A stretch of 64,000 bases of DNA from Mobula birostris (Eukaryota): the NCBI RefSeq assembly GCF_030028105.1, contig NC_092377.1:83606569-83670568 (forward strand), in the 5' to 3' direction. A model generated the notes under the pieces. That model had not been told where the DNA came from, did no database searches, and was given only the letters and a program-made list of their open reading frames with translations. This document shows, one piece after another, positions 12,011 to 24,075 of this stretch (position 1 is the first letter of the stretch; each line of letters opens with the position of its first letter). The translations under genes and the position numbers were made by a program.

Positions 12011-14589
12011 CTGACCCCAAACCCCACCATCTACATGGAAGGAATGAAGTTAATAACTGGCCAAAGTCTGATGATTTTCTTCTCAGCTTTAAATAAAATC
12101 TTTCCTGACATATTCTCAGAGGCGAATCAGTTTAATAAGGGACAAGTCCCTTGTGAAAGTTATTTGCTTTTAAAGAAAGTTAAATTAATTGTTCAATCTA
12201 AGTAAACCTATTTAAAATTAATTTTCATCTTACTACTTACAATTGTGTTTTAGTTTATAGCCGAAGACTAAGTCAATAGTTCCCACTTGACTACGCCAGC
12301 AGTGGAGATTCTCCACGTAAAAGGAGGAGCTGTTAACTTGCAATTTTGTAGACAATAGTCTCCTAACTCCTCTTGGAGTATGTTTGCTCTTTCTCAGTCA
12401 GTAGATGAATGTTCCAAAAGGCTGGTTAAATGCAATGACGTGAACACAAAGATAATCAATCTCTGTACCTTATAGTAATTGCAGTTGTATTAGTCTAGAA
12501 GGAAGGGGAATTCCTAAGTTATCCATGTTATAGTTACCAAGAACTTCTTATTTTGTTGATTTGAGACCAATTGACTTAAACTATCTTCACATAACAGATT
12601 AAAGGATGCTTTCTGTTTCCAAAATTATTTCAGAAGTCAACGACGTTAATTGTGAATGATACCATTGTGATTTACTTGTACAGTTATACAAATGGCTGAA
12701 ATCACTATACACAAATAGGTGTAAACTCTATGTATTAGGTCAATATTACCATCCATTAATATATTCATACTACTCTGATGAAATAACTACCAGGGAAAAC
12801 AGCTTGGACATCACTGATTCTGAATCCAGTATTTTCACTGACTTTGCCACTTTCTATGCAAAAGTAACTTTAAGATGTTTTACAGTATGTCATATGATGC
12901 AAATCATTTGAGATGAACTGTAAATCTGTGCCAGTTTTGGAAAAAGCTCCCTTTATCTTTCATCCATAGTTTAAGCATTACTTCCAGTTTTAACTGTGTT
13001 GATTCATTGCAGTGCAAGTCATTTTGCATCAAGGGTCTAGTTTTCACAGACAGTAGAAAGGTACTGCAAGTCATGGGGATACCCCTGTAATAAAAAGGAA
13101 AAGGGAGAACTTGACTCGAAAATGACAAAAAAAAACTGCTTTAAAAATAACCAACAGTAACAATGAAATTGCTTTGCTAGGTTAGGTGCAATTTTCTTGC
13201 TTTTGAAACCAGTAGTTGATTGACTTCCAAGAAACCACACCCACATTGCTGATCATTACATGGAACTTATAAATAGTAAATTTGACTTTTGACTAACAGG
13301 TTTATGCTCCTCATGAGTTTCTATCTAAGATACTTAATCTCATCTGACTAACATATTCTATTTCTTTCTCCCTAGTGTCTTATTTCCTATTAATGCATCC
13401 AACACATACTTTCATACTTACCAACGTCCCTCTTAGGCACAATATACTTCCCGGCATCCCCATAGTGTAAAAACATGTCTATCATATGCACACAAAGACA
13501 TATAAATGCACACAACAATTTGCTTAGATAAAACTACACACACACATACAAAATGTGTGCAAACAGAAAGAAACGAGAAAGAGACAGAATTAAGCACTCC
13601 TAGGATTTGTAGATCACAATTAAAGATATAAAAACATTAAACTCAGATGAACTCACCATAAAATCAGTATGTAAAGCTCAACTAATTATTGTAATACCAT
13701 GAGCAGTTTGTATACTCTAGGAATTCTGGGCTTACCTCATTCTGCATAAATGATACGATCGTTAGTTCATCAATAAGAATCACACTTGCATGCTAACCTT
13801 AATCAAGAAAAGCTTTACAATGTAATTCACCAATAAGTTTATAGAGCAACTAAGTTTAAATATTTCTTAGAAATTACTATAGACATCACAACTTTTTTAA
13901 AAATGCAAAACATTCTCAGTTGCAATAGGCAAGCATTCCTTGGTACGCTGTTTTCATGCTACCATACAGTATATACTGTGCATAGAAGGCATAGAGCAAT
14001 GACATTTAAATGACTTAAATGCTTTATTTAAACTTTTAATGTGAGAACAATAATATTTTAAAATAAAATGTCAGCATTACAGATGGAAGTGAAGTTTCAC
14101 AGTCCCACAGAAAATGAAGTAAAATGGTTGCTTACAATTTCCAGCTGTCAAATTATCCTGGTTGAGAAAACTTTGATTTATATTCCTCAGGTTCTAGGGC
14201 TATGGGCATTAATGAGATGCAAATGTCATTGCTGGACAAAGAAGGACCAAGGTCCACTGAGTTTGCCTTTTACTATCCTGCCAGATTCATGATAAGACAG
14301 TATTAGAGTTGTTGACAAACCATTGTAATCAATCTCTATAACACCGAGAAAGCTTAGCAAGTGTGTTTCCAACTTCTTGTCACTGGGAGAACCAGATCCG
14401 TGGGGTGTGTTTGTTATAATATCATCACTTTGTAGAATACCAGGCAACTTTTACAGATGTGCACAGCTGCTGTAACTGAAATGTGCACTAATACAAAAGC
14501 CATTCATGAAAATCTACTAAATGGGTTTAAGTGGTGAAATCCAAATCAGGTATAGTGAAATGAAAACTCTCAGCAATTAATTTCTGTTT

Positions 14590-15025
14590 CTAACAATGGA
14601 GTTATATGCAATAGAAAGAAATCTCTGGTCCTGTCATGCCTGCCCCTGTTCTTCCAAATTACAACTATATCCCACTGACATACAAGTTTCTCTTTGAGAT
14701 GATATATCCAACTGTCTTCTGAAAGTTGTGGTTGAATCTGTTCTGTCCAATCTTTCAGGCAGTGTATTCCAGATCGTAACAATCAGTTGGTTTACAAAAA
14801 TATTTCATCATCGCCCTAGTGGACTTCTGGCCAATAATCCTAAACCTGTGACTTTTGTTTATAATAAATAAATTTTACCATCTACTGTAAAGGACACCAC
14901 ATATTAGAGTCAAGAAGTTATACAGCGTGAAAACAGGTCCTCCAGCCAAACCCAACCAGGCAAACCAAGATATCTATCCAAACTAGATTCATGACCTGTA
15001 TATGGTCCATATCCCTCTAAAACAC
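14590..15025 (-). mobile_element. Old CR1 3' fragments
   Basis: Reverse-strand CR1 C-terminal and 3' UTR-like sequence (tggtccatatccctctaa, ttcaggcagtgtattccagatc). Confidence 0.5.
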
Positions 15026-15431
15026 GGATCCAAGTTTATGAGAATGCATGCACATTTTCTTACATTTGCGTGGAGGATCTCCGTGCTGATATCGTATCTT
15101 TTTAATCAATTTCCATTGTACAATTTTACCAGAAAAAGTCCTTGAGCAGCCAACTCATGATATATCCATTTTATTTCTTTAACCTTATGGATTCCTTGGA
15201 ATAGAAAGACAAAATTTAGCCCGGGGACCTTAATCATGAACCTGTGTGTCTGTGCAAAGCAGATAATTAGTCCTTGGGCAATGTCTATAATATAAAGATT
15301 TCTAAAAAAACACATCTGCACAGTGGAAGTAATTTCCCTGAAAACAGGGAGATGAAGCAGGGCTTTTTGGAGGTGAGATGGCGTTACAAACATCTTCAGC
15401 TGTGTATCAGTAGTCAGAAGCCACTCTAGAT

Positions 15432-15508
15432 CAGGGGTTATCAACCTTTTTTATGATGGACCCCTACAATTAACCAAGGGGTTTGTGGACCCCAGGCTGG
15501 GAACCTGG
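15432..15508. mobile_element. Small hAT-like MITE remnant
   Basis: CAGGGGTTATCAACCTTTTT ... CAGGCTGGGAACC terminal inverted pattern next to TCTAGA. Confidence 0.45.
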
Positions 15509-16439
15509 GAAAAACTGTTTTAGTGAAGGAAAGAAAATCTAATTAGTTGAATAGGTATGTTTTCTTGTGTGTGTGTGTGTGTGGACTAGATTGGAGCAAA
15601 CTGAAAAGGATTTTAAATGGTAAATTAAACATAAGTAATAATATTCATTTTTGCAGTATAAATGAAGAGGTTCTGAAAATGAAATAGCATGGTGGATTTT
15701 TCTATTTGTACTTGAAATGTAAAACCTTTGCTTACAACTGTTGTAAACAGTGTATTTCAACCCAGCAACATTTATAAATATTCATTGACCTTTGAATGCA
15801 TTTGATTTGGAGCCTGCCCTTTAAGCAAAGCCATCCCATTCTCATCGAGACAAACAGCTGTGGCCCAGTACTTAACCATTAAAGTAACTTGAAATCTTTA
15901 TTCCTGCTTTACGTTGACCCAGGTGCACTTTAGGCTCATGTGATCAAGATAGCGCAGCTTGGCCTAACACTCAGGGCACTTTGAAGCATGCGGATGAGGG
16001 GACAATGGATATTGAGCAAAGGTTTCTTGTCTCAGTTCAACTGGTAAAACATTCCCAAAAGTTATCAGCCTGTTACAAGTCAGTTTTTTTTAAAAGTCAA
16101 AGCCAATAGTTATCAAATTGAATGTTTGCTATAACTTGTAGGCAATGGTCAGCACAAGTTAGAACATTTCTATTTAGTTTTAGAATTCTTTTAATACCAT
16201 AAGCTTAATATGATAACTTAATGATTTTTAGCATAATGAGGGGAATAAAGAAGAAATCAACAAATGACCTATGCAGTCACAATTGCTTTCCTCTCCAAAC
16301 ACGTCACTGTAATACTTCCCCACTTGTCAGAATTCATCACTACTAGAATCTAACTTTTAGTCAAAACTTTTTTGAGGCACTGAAATCCATAAGTCTGTAC
16401 TTGAAAGACATCAACATTTTCTCCCAAGTATTTCTGCAG

Positions 16440-16910
16440 TTTTCCAGAAGTTTCTAGCACCTCCTTCATGTGAATCTTTCAAAAGAAGCTAGGCAGTTTG
16501 ATTCTGTATCCCTTACAATTTAAAAGAATGAGGGAGACCTGATTCAAACTACTATGATCCTAAGAGAGCTTAGAAGTGTAGATGTTGCAAAGTTTTCACT
16601 CATGAGAGTTACCGTCAAGAAGACATAGCAACAAAATAATGGGCTTGTGATATAAAATTGCGATACATAGAAATTCCTTCTCTCAGACGATAGTGAACCT
16701 CTGAAGTTCTCTGCCCCTAAAAGCAGTAGAGGATGGATCACTGGATATATTCAAGGTGAACAAAGATTGAGGATTTGAGAGTTATAGGGAATTCACAAAA
16801 AAAAAGAGAAGTTGGGGCCAGCCTAAATGAACTTTGATTGTACTGAATGGAGTACAGACTCAAGGGGCCTTGTGACCTACTCTCGCTCCTACTATCTTTT
16901 GTTCTTGTGT
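16440..16910 (+). mobile_element. Old CR1 3' fragment
   Basis: agaatgagggagacctgattcaa...ctcaaggggccttgtgacctactctcgctcctact. Confidence 0.6.
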
Positions 16911-18053
16911 AAACCTAGTTGGCACACTGACTGACTGTGGATTTCAACCTCCACCAAATATAGAATTTCCAGAAAACTTCAGAAGGCCAAGATGAAAATT
17001 ATTTTTTCCTTCCTAACCGAAGTCAATTTTATTCAACTGATCTCTACTCACCAGGAAAACCAAATCTGGAACTGTTTATGCGACTTATCAGGGTTCCATC
17101 ATCACTTCAAGTCATTGCATTGCAAGGAGTAGCCTGTGAATGTATTTGTGGGAAACTCATCTGAAGGCTATTTTAATAGTGAGATATAATTAAATGATTT
17201 TAAATGGATTAAAATACAACAAATAATATTACCCATTTGGACACCATATGTGCTATATTGCAACAGATTAAATATTGAATTTAATCTCTTGGTATCAGTG
17301 GATAAACCAGTAGCAGTTACCATTGTTTAGAAGTAAGAAAGGGTTCTGTGAGTCTAGTTAAATGTTTGCCATCCTCACACTTCAAATAATTTCTATTGTT
17401 TTCCTTTAAGGACAAGAAGCTTCACTTGTATCAGCCCTCAGCTCCAGTTCATCACCATGTCAACACTGGCAAAAAGACACAAAAAAATCTGTCATTTGCT
17501 GATCAAGTGGACCTCTGCACTGTGCGTTTACACTTATAGAAAGTGTTATAGTACAAATGCCGCACTGTATTGAAATGCTTTGACAATTTATTGTGTTTTA
17601 AAACAATAACAGATCTTCATTGCAATGGACACAGCGGAAAATATTTTGGATCCAAAGATTAATCTTGAGTCTAAATTTCTCTGTCAAATCCACTGAAATT
17701 TTTATTGAGGGCTTTCTTATAGAGCAAAAGGTTTTGACTTATTAGTGATAACCCTCCCAGCAATGAGTCTAACTGGATATCTTACAGTGGTGCACCTTGC
17801 AGCTATAGGTGAACACACAAACTTCAGTTTCCGATAGTTTCCCCAATTCAGAAGGCCAGCCTCTGTGGCTGAAAAACATCCAGACATAATTGATCAATAA
17901 TTAATTTTCCCTCCTTTTTGCCAGTTTTCAGCCTGCGAGCAAATATTATCATCCACTCTCTGTGTATAGGGTAGATGGCTGAACTAATACGGGATTTTGC
18001 CTTACTTAGGTATCTGTTTGCATCAGTAAAAAAAGATGGATAATTTCTCACTA

Positions 18054-18227
18054 CAAACAAGAGAAAATCTGCAGATGCTGGAAATCGGAGCAACGCACAC
18101 AAAATGCTGGAGGAACTCAGCAGGCCAGGCAGCATCTATGAAAAGAAGTACAGAAATGTCGACTACTTTTTTCGATTGCTGGTGTCTGGCCTGCTGAGTT
18201 CCTCCAGCATTTTGTGTATGTTGCTCA
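18054..18227. mobile_element. Miniature palindromic Penelope-derived insertion
   Basis: Arms gagcaacgcacacaaaatgctggaggaactcagcaggccag / ctggcctgctgagttcctccagcattttgtgtatgttgctc; TSD GATAATTTCTCACTA (18039-18053) / GATAATTTCTTATTA (18228-18242). Confidence 0.75.
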
Positions 18228-18409
18228 GATAATTTCTTATTATCTTTTTACTATCCCTAAGGGTTATCCCTTGGGATTGAAAATAACTTTCTTCCACTTC
18301 TATGGCTTCTAAATTAGACTTTGTGGAGAGGATGCAGCAGGTCTTTACTTACCGGTGCCAGAGATTTCTATTACTTATTTTATATTATATATTTTTTCTA
18401 ATATAAAAA

Positions 18410-18730
18410 GAGGTGGAATGGTAAAGCAGTGGTTAGAACAAGACTTTACAGTACCAGTGACCCATCCTGGACATCCTCTCTTCTTCCTTCAGTAGGAAAG
18501 AAGTTGTAAAGTCCCAGGTTAATTTCCTATCACTGCCTGTAAGGAATTTAAACATTCTCGCCGTGACCACATGGATTTCCTCTGGCTGCTCTGGTTTCCT
18601 CCCACATTCAAAAGGCGTACCAGTTTGTAGGTTAATTGGTCATTGTAAATTGTCCCGTGATTACGCTGGGGGGCACGGCTTGAAGGGCTAAAAGGGCCTA
18701 TTCCGTGCTGTATCTCAATAAATAAATAAA
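18410..18730 (+). mobile_element. tRNA-derived V-SINE (HE1-like) with CR1-type tail
   Basis: V-domain ggatttcctctggctgctctggtttcctcccacattc..aggttaattgg, tail gggcctattccgtgctgtatctc(AATA)n. Confidence 0.7.
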
Positions 18731-18750
18731 TGATTAAATAGATTGTCAGA

Positions 18751-18975
18751 TTAAGCCATTCTGGAGCCACAGACTGGGCAGGAGACGATTGGCATGGTGG
18801 ATATAGTTTTGGAGGTGATTCTGATTGCATTGGGCTGCTCGTGCTCCTGCTGTCTTGACCTGAGGTTCTCAGTGCCATCCCAAAATCTTCTTTTCCACAT
18901 TGAGTGGTCGTGAGCCAAGAATTCCCCGGATTTTTCAAGGAAGACGTCCTTGCACCTTTCCTTCTTTCTGCCTTG
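18751..18975 (-). mobile_element. RTE-clade LINE C-terminal fragment
   Basis: Peptide LAHDHSMWKRRFWDG...SCPVCGSRM resembles the RTE ORF end; a related copy lies at 57815-58250. Confidence 0.55.
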
Positions 18976-19151
18976 CAAACTCTTCCTATGATAGAAGTCA
19001 GAACATTGTTGTCTATTTCAGGAAAATTTTACAGTGCCTTTTATAACCTCAGGGCATATAAAAGACCCCATTCAGCCCACATTGTCTTTTTTCAGCTCTC
19101 AGAGCAAACTCATCAATCCTAGTGCCCTCTCCCCCACCCCCCATTACTTCC

Positions 19152-20288
19152 TGTCACGGTCCCAATCAGTTATTCCCTGGTTCCCTTTAAATTTCCTTTG
19201 TGTCACGATCAGGATTGTTGATTCCTTGTTTTCCTTTAATTCTTTGTTTCCCTGTGTTTCTTGGGTTTGGTAATTAAAGACACTTGATTCTCAGCTGAAC
19301 AGTCAGTATATAGTGTTGGGCTTATAGCTGCTCGGGGCTAGACTGTCAACAGATGTCATCGAAGCAAGTGCGAGCAAGTCACCTTGTCGGAGCTAGTCAA
19401 GTCTTCTCCCGGAAGCGAGTGCCAGTAAGTCGCCTCTCTCGCTGGAACCAGCCTGTCAAATTACCGTGCCTGAGCGAGCCTACTATGCTACCATGACGGA
19501 GCGGGTCCATCAAGTTAACCTGCCAGAGTGAGTCAAGAGCTGCTGTCTGTAGTTCCGGGGCCGAGTCAAGAGCTCGCCGCTACTTGGAGCCATTACGTGC
19601 TAAGATAAAAGAACTGTCTATCATTGTGTGGTTTTGATTCTTTGTGTTCTCGTGTCCGCTGGGTAGGTCCGGCTGTTTGCCACTACCCTGAGTTAGGAAT
19701 TATCTCTTTGTGTCCTCATCTCCGCTGGGTAGGTCTGGCCATTTGCCACTACCCTGAGTTGAGAACTGTCTCTTTGTGTCCTCATATCCGCTGGGTAGGT
19801 CCGGCTGTCTGACACTACCCTGAGTGGAGAACTATCTCTTTGTGTTCTGTGTTCTGTGTCCAAGAAGAGGCCCGGCTCTGCGTCCTGTATCCAAGGAAGA
19901 GTCCGGACTCGGTATCTGGATGTTCCGGGTTTCAAGTCCAGGCTCATGGTTCAAGTTCCGAGTCCAAGTCCAGGCTTCCCAGTCAAGACCCAGGTTCCGA
20001 GTCCCAAGTCCAAATCCGGGTCCCGAGTCCAAGTCCCAGTTCGGGTCCCGAGTCCCATGTCCCAATCCTAGTCCAAGTCCAGGTCTCAAGTCACAGTCTA
20101 AGTCCAGGGTCCAAGCCCAACTCCAGCTATGCATATTCCCGCTTCCACTTCATTCACTACTTGATGACTTTCTGTACAATCCTTGCTTCCCTGCTTTCCT
20201 AGTAACTATTAATAAACTATTTTTGTTAACGCTACAAAATGTGTTTGTATCCTGCATTTGGGTCCACTCATGCCCCGCACTTGTGACA
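19152..20288 (+). mobile_element. Solo LTR (Gypsy-type) with internal 66-bp tandem repeats
   Basis: TGTCAC...GTGACA termini; 5-bp TSD CTTCC (19147-19151 / 20289-20293); AATAAA at ~20211; 66-bp units start at 19639, 19705, 19771 and 19837. Confidence 0.88.
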
Positions 20289-20329
20289 CTTCCCTGCAAC
20301 CTATTCCTTCACACTCACCCATTATTGCC

Positions 20330-20990
20330 CTCTGAATGTCCCACCAACACTCCAGGGGCACCTTACAGTAGCCAATTAATGTGGCAAGAAAGTGGAGCAC
20401 CCGGAGGAAACCCATGCAATCATAGTGAGAAAATGTCATCTCCTAACAGACCACATTGTTCGCTGCACCAGTGAAGTCATTGCAGCATAAATCAGAAAAT
20501 GTACAGCAGGCCCCTAAATATTTAATGGGAGAGTTCCCTGTATTTGTTCTAAATTAGTACAAGGCTAGATTGGAGGGTTGGGCTATATCAAATGCTTATG
20601 CCTCTAAAACATTAATTGGTGTCATAAATCTTTGATACATATCAAAAACCCAACTAAGTAAGCGCTGGTTATTCTGGGTGGCACAGCGGTGTGGTGCTCT
20701 ACTGCGCCAGTGATTGAGGTTCAATTCCTGCGTCTGTCTGCAAGGAGTTTGCACGTTCTGCTCTGAGTACATAGGTTTTCTCTGGGTGCTCTGACTTCTT
20801 TCCATATTCCAAAGATGAATGGGTTAGGGTTAGTAAGTTGTGAGCAAGCTATATTGGTGCCGGAAGCATGGTGACAATGGCAGGCTGTCCCCAGCACAGT
20901 ATTTGACTGTGTTGGTCGTTAACACAAATGACAGATTTGACTTGATGTTTTAATGTTTCGATGTACACGTGACAAATAAAGCTAATCTCT
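20330..20990. mobile_element. Two V-SINE fragments (minus ~20330-20470, plus ~20676-20990)
   Basis: V-domain motifs ggagcacccggaggaaacccatgc and ggttttctctgggtgctctgacttctttccatattccaaag; B-box GGTTCAATTCC. Confidence 0.6.
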
Positions 20991-23091
20991 CATTAACCTC
21001 TCCTTCCACAGTTCCATTGCCAGGACCCATGACCTGAATTGAACTGTGACTCCATGACCTGAAGTGTTGACTTTCCTTACTGTAACAGATGCTGCTCGAC
21101 CTGTTCGGATCCTCTTACAGTCTTTTTTTACTTTTAACAGGAAGATTGCTCTGACCATCGTGGCCACAATTTATGGTCCACTTTCCACAGTAATCGTGTG
21201 GACAACTGAATGGAGTTCGAATGACTACATACTGAAAAGTAAGTTATTTAGCCCATTGCTAAACCCAAAAGAAAGGATGACAATAAATAGACACAGAAGG
21301 TAAAGCAGCCAAATGTATATTGTTGTTCCTCTTTATGCCTTGTAGCATTTGTCTGAATTTTATGAGGCTGAGTTACTAGCTTGATGCTCTACCCAGCACA
21401 AATTGAAAGCGTTCAAGGAGACAGCTGGATTCAAAACCTGGACCACTCACCTGGAATTCTGGTGGGGATGCCACTACATCAGCAGCTGGCTAAATGTATA
21501 TTGCTTTCATATAAAAATTCATCTCCTGTTAATACTGATATTAACCAACGTCAGTTAAAACCTTAAAATAACAGACCACGTCAACGAAATGTGCTAGGTA
21601 TCAGTAGTGGCTTCTGGGTTAAATTTATTTCTTTAAACCAAATGCAGTTCACTTTCAAATTAAAGTTTAAATTGGTTAGCTGCTCTCAGATTCTTTGTGA
21701 TGGATTTGAGGTAAAAATTTAGCCATTCAATGCTATTTTAGACAGGCTATCAAACCAAATTAATCCAATCAGAGAGATCTAAGGGATGCTAATCTTCCCA
21801 GTTTGTTAATAGGTTACACCATTTACAATCTTTACAAGATGTGTATTGAATAATCCAATTCCAACTGGTCTGAAGGGATTTAAAACGGTTCATTTCTGGA
21901 GCTGATTGCTTTAAGAAGCTACTTCCTTCCTGTTGCGGTTCTGATGTGCATCGACATGTGGATTATTCATCTACTGCTCTTTGTGTTTAACAGTGGAATT
22001 GGAGTAAATGAACACAGGCCTCATTTTAACAGTATGCAAGGAACGTAAAGGCTAAAATGTCCAAGCAATGGTTTTCTGCCCATTTTAGAATATGCATTCC
22101 CTGTTACAGCATAAGAGCCTCTTCGATCACCCTTGGTGCTGGGTGTGGATTGCAAGTTAGGTGCAAGTTACGGCACTGTAACAGAAAGACTTTGATAGTA
22201 AACAGATTAGCACCTCATTGGCTTTCTGCTGGCAACCCTAAATTTGACTTTCTTCAGCTAGGAAATGGCAGACTACTTGTGACAGAGCCCTTAGAGGGGG
22301 CACATGAAGCTTCATGGCTTTGGAATAGCACAGCTGTCTATTTCCTCCTCCAGTAAAAGGAGTCTATACTGTGGTCGTAACTAAGTCTCCAACACTTAGC
22401 ATTGGCTGCACAAAGCATCAGTGCATCCCTCAGAACGTACTCCTGTAGCCTGAAATGTGTCAGTCAGCAGCATCCCCTTGTGGACATCTCGCTGTGGTGG
22501 AAGACCAACAAGTTTCAGGCATGCTAAAGTGTGACTTTAACCAAGCTGATGATCTTTCAGCAGCACTTGATGTCTGCTTGGTATGTGTCCCTGGGAATAG
22601 CCCGTAGATCGGAGAGCCCTCTGCTACATAGCTGCTGGGGATACACCAGGACACGGACCCTTGCATCCATCTCCATACTCTCATTTGCAAATCCACAGTC
22701 TGCAAAGTTGTAGGTGACCATCTCTTCACCACAGCAACCATCCCAAGGATAGCGTACATGGTGGTGGGGTTTGGGGGGAGGGGGGTGCGACACATTGACT
22801 GCATAAGAAGGCTTTGACAGGGAGGGATCCCATTACAGCCAGGCAGGTGGGGTCTTGGTGCTAGTTGGTGAGATCTGGTCATGAAATGTTCTGCCATATG
22901 GTTTGGACAGTCTGCTTAGGGAAACACCCTATCACATCCTTCGTGTCTCTATTCTACAGTATCTGCTGGATGTAATGCACTGACAACTGCCTATTTGAAA
23001 CACAAAATAATCTGCAGATGCTGGGATCAAAGCAACACTCACAACACGCTGGAGGAACTCAGCAGGTCGGGCAGCATCCGTGGAAAAGATC

Positions 23092-23127
23092 GGTCAACGT
23101 TTCGGGCCGGAGCCCTTCGTCAGGACT
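23092..23127 (-). ncRNA. Minimal type I hammerhead ribozyme motif
   Basis: Reverse strand AGTC-CTGACGA-AGGGCTCCGGCCC-GAAAC-GTT-GACC. Confidence 0.72.
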
Positions 23128-24039
23128 GTAGAGGGAAGGGGCAGAGGCCCTATAAAGAAGGTGGGGGGAGGGTGGGAAGGAGAAGGCTGGTAGGTTCCAG
23201 GTGAAAAACCAGTTAGGGGAAAGATAATGGGCTGGGGGAAGGGAGGCAGGAGGTGATAGGCAGGAAAAGTGAAGAAGGAATAGGGGAAAACACAAGGGGT
23301 AGTAGAAGGAGGCAGAACCAAGAGGGAGGTGGTAGGCAGCTAGGGGAGGGGGCAGAGTGACATAGGGTTAGAGGAAGGGAGGGGGAGGAAATTACTGGAA
23401 GTTGGAGAATTCAATGTTCATACCAAGGGGCTGGAGACTACCTAGACGGTATATTAGGTGTTGCTCCTCCATCCCGAGTTTAGCCTCATCATGGCAGTAG
23501 AGGAGGCCATGTATGGATATATCTGGATAGGAGTGGGAAGCAGAGTTGAAGTTGGTGGCTACTGGGAGATCCTGTCTGTTTTGGCAGACGGAGCGGAGGT
23601 GCTCGACGAAGCGGTCCCCCAATCTGCGTCGGGTTTCAGTGATGTAGAGGAGGCCGCACAGGGAGCACCGGATGTAATAGGTGACCCCAACAGACTCACA
23701 AGTGAAATGTTGCCTCACTTGGAAGTACTGTTTGGGGCCCTGAATGGTGGCAAGAGAGGAGGTGTAGGGACAGGTGTAGCACTTGCACTTACAGGGATAA
23801 GTGCCAGGTGGGAGATCCGTGGGGAGAGACGTGTGGACCAGGTAGTCACGGAGGGTCGGATCCCTGCGGAAGGTGGAGAGGGACGGAGAGGGAAAAATGT
23901 GCTTAGTGGTGGGGTCCTGTTGAAGGTGGCGGAAGTTGCAGAGGATAATGTGTTGGATCCGGAGGCCTGGAACCTACCAGCCTTCTCCTTCCCACCCTCC
24001 CCCCACCTTCTTTATAGGGCCTCTGCCCCTTCCCCCTAC

Positions 24040-24075
24040 AGTCCTGACGAAGGGTACCGGCCCGAAACGTTGACC
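24040..24075 (+). ncRNA. Minimal type I hammerhead ribozyme motif
   Basis: AGTC-CTGACGA-AGGGTACCGGCCC-GAAAC-GTT-GACC. Confidence 0.72.

Noticed and set aside
19639-19850. CRISPR-like or coding repeat array (also 43160-43326)
   Set aside because: Head-to-tail tandem units without unique spacers, inside solo LTRs in a vertebrate; ORFs such as 19824-20474 are low-complexity read-through
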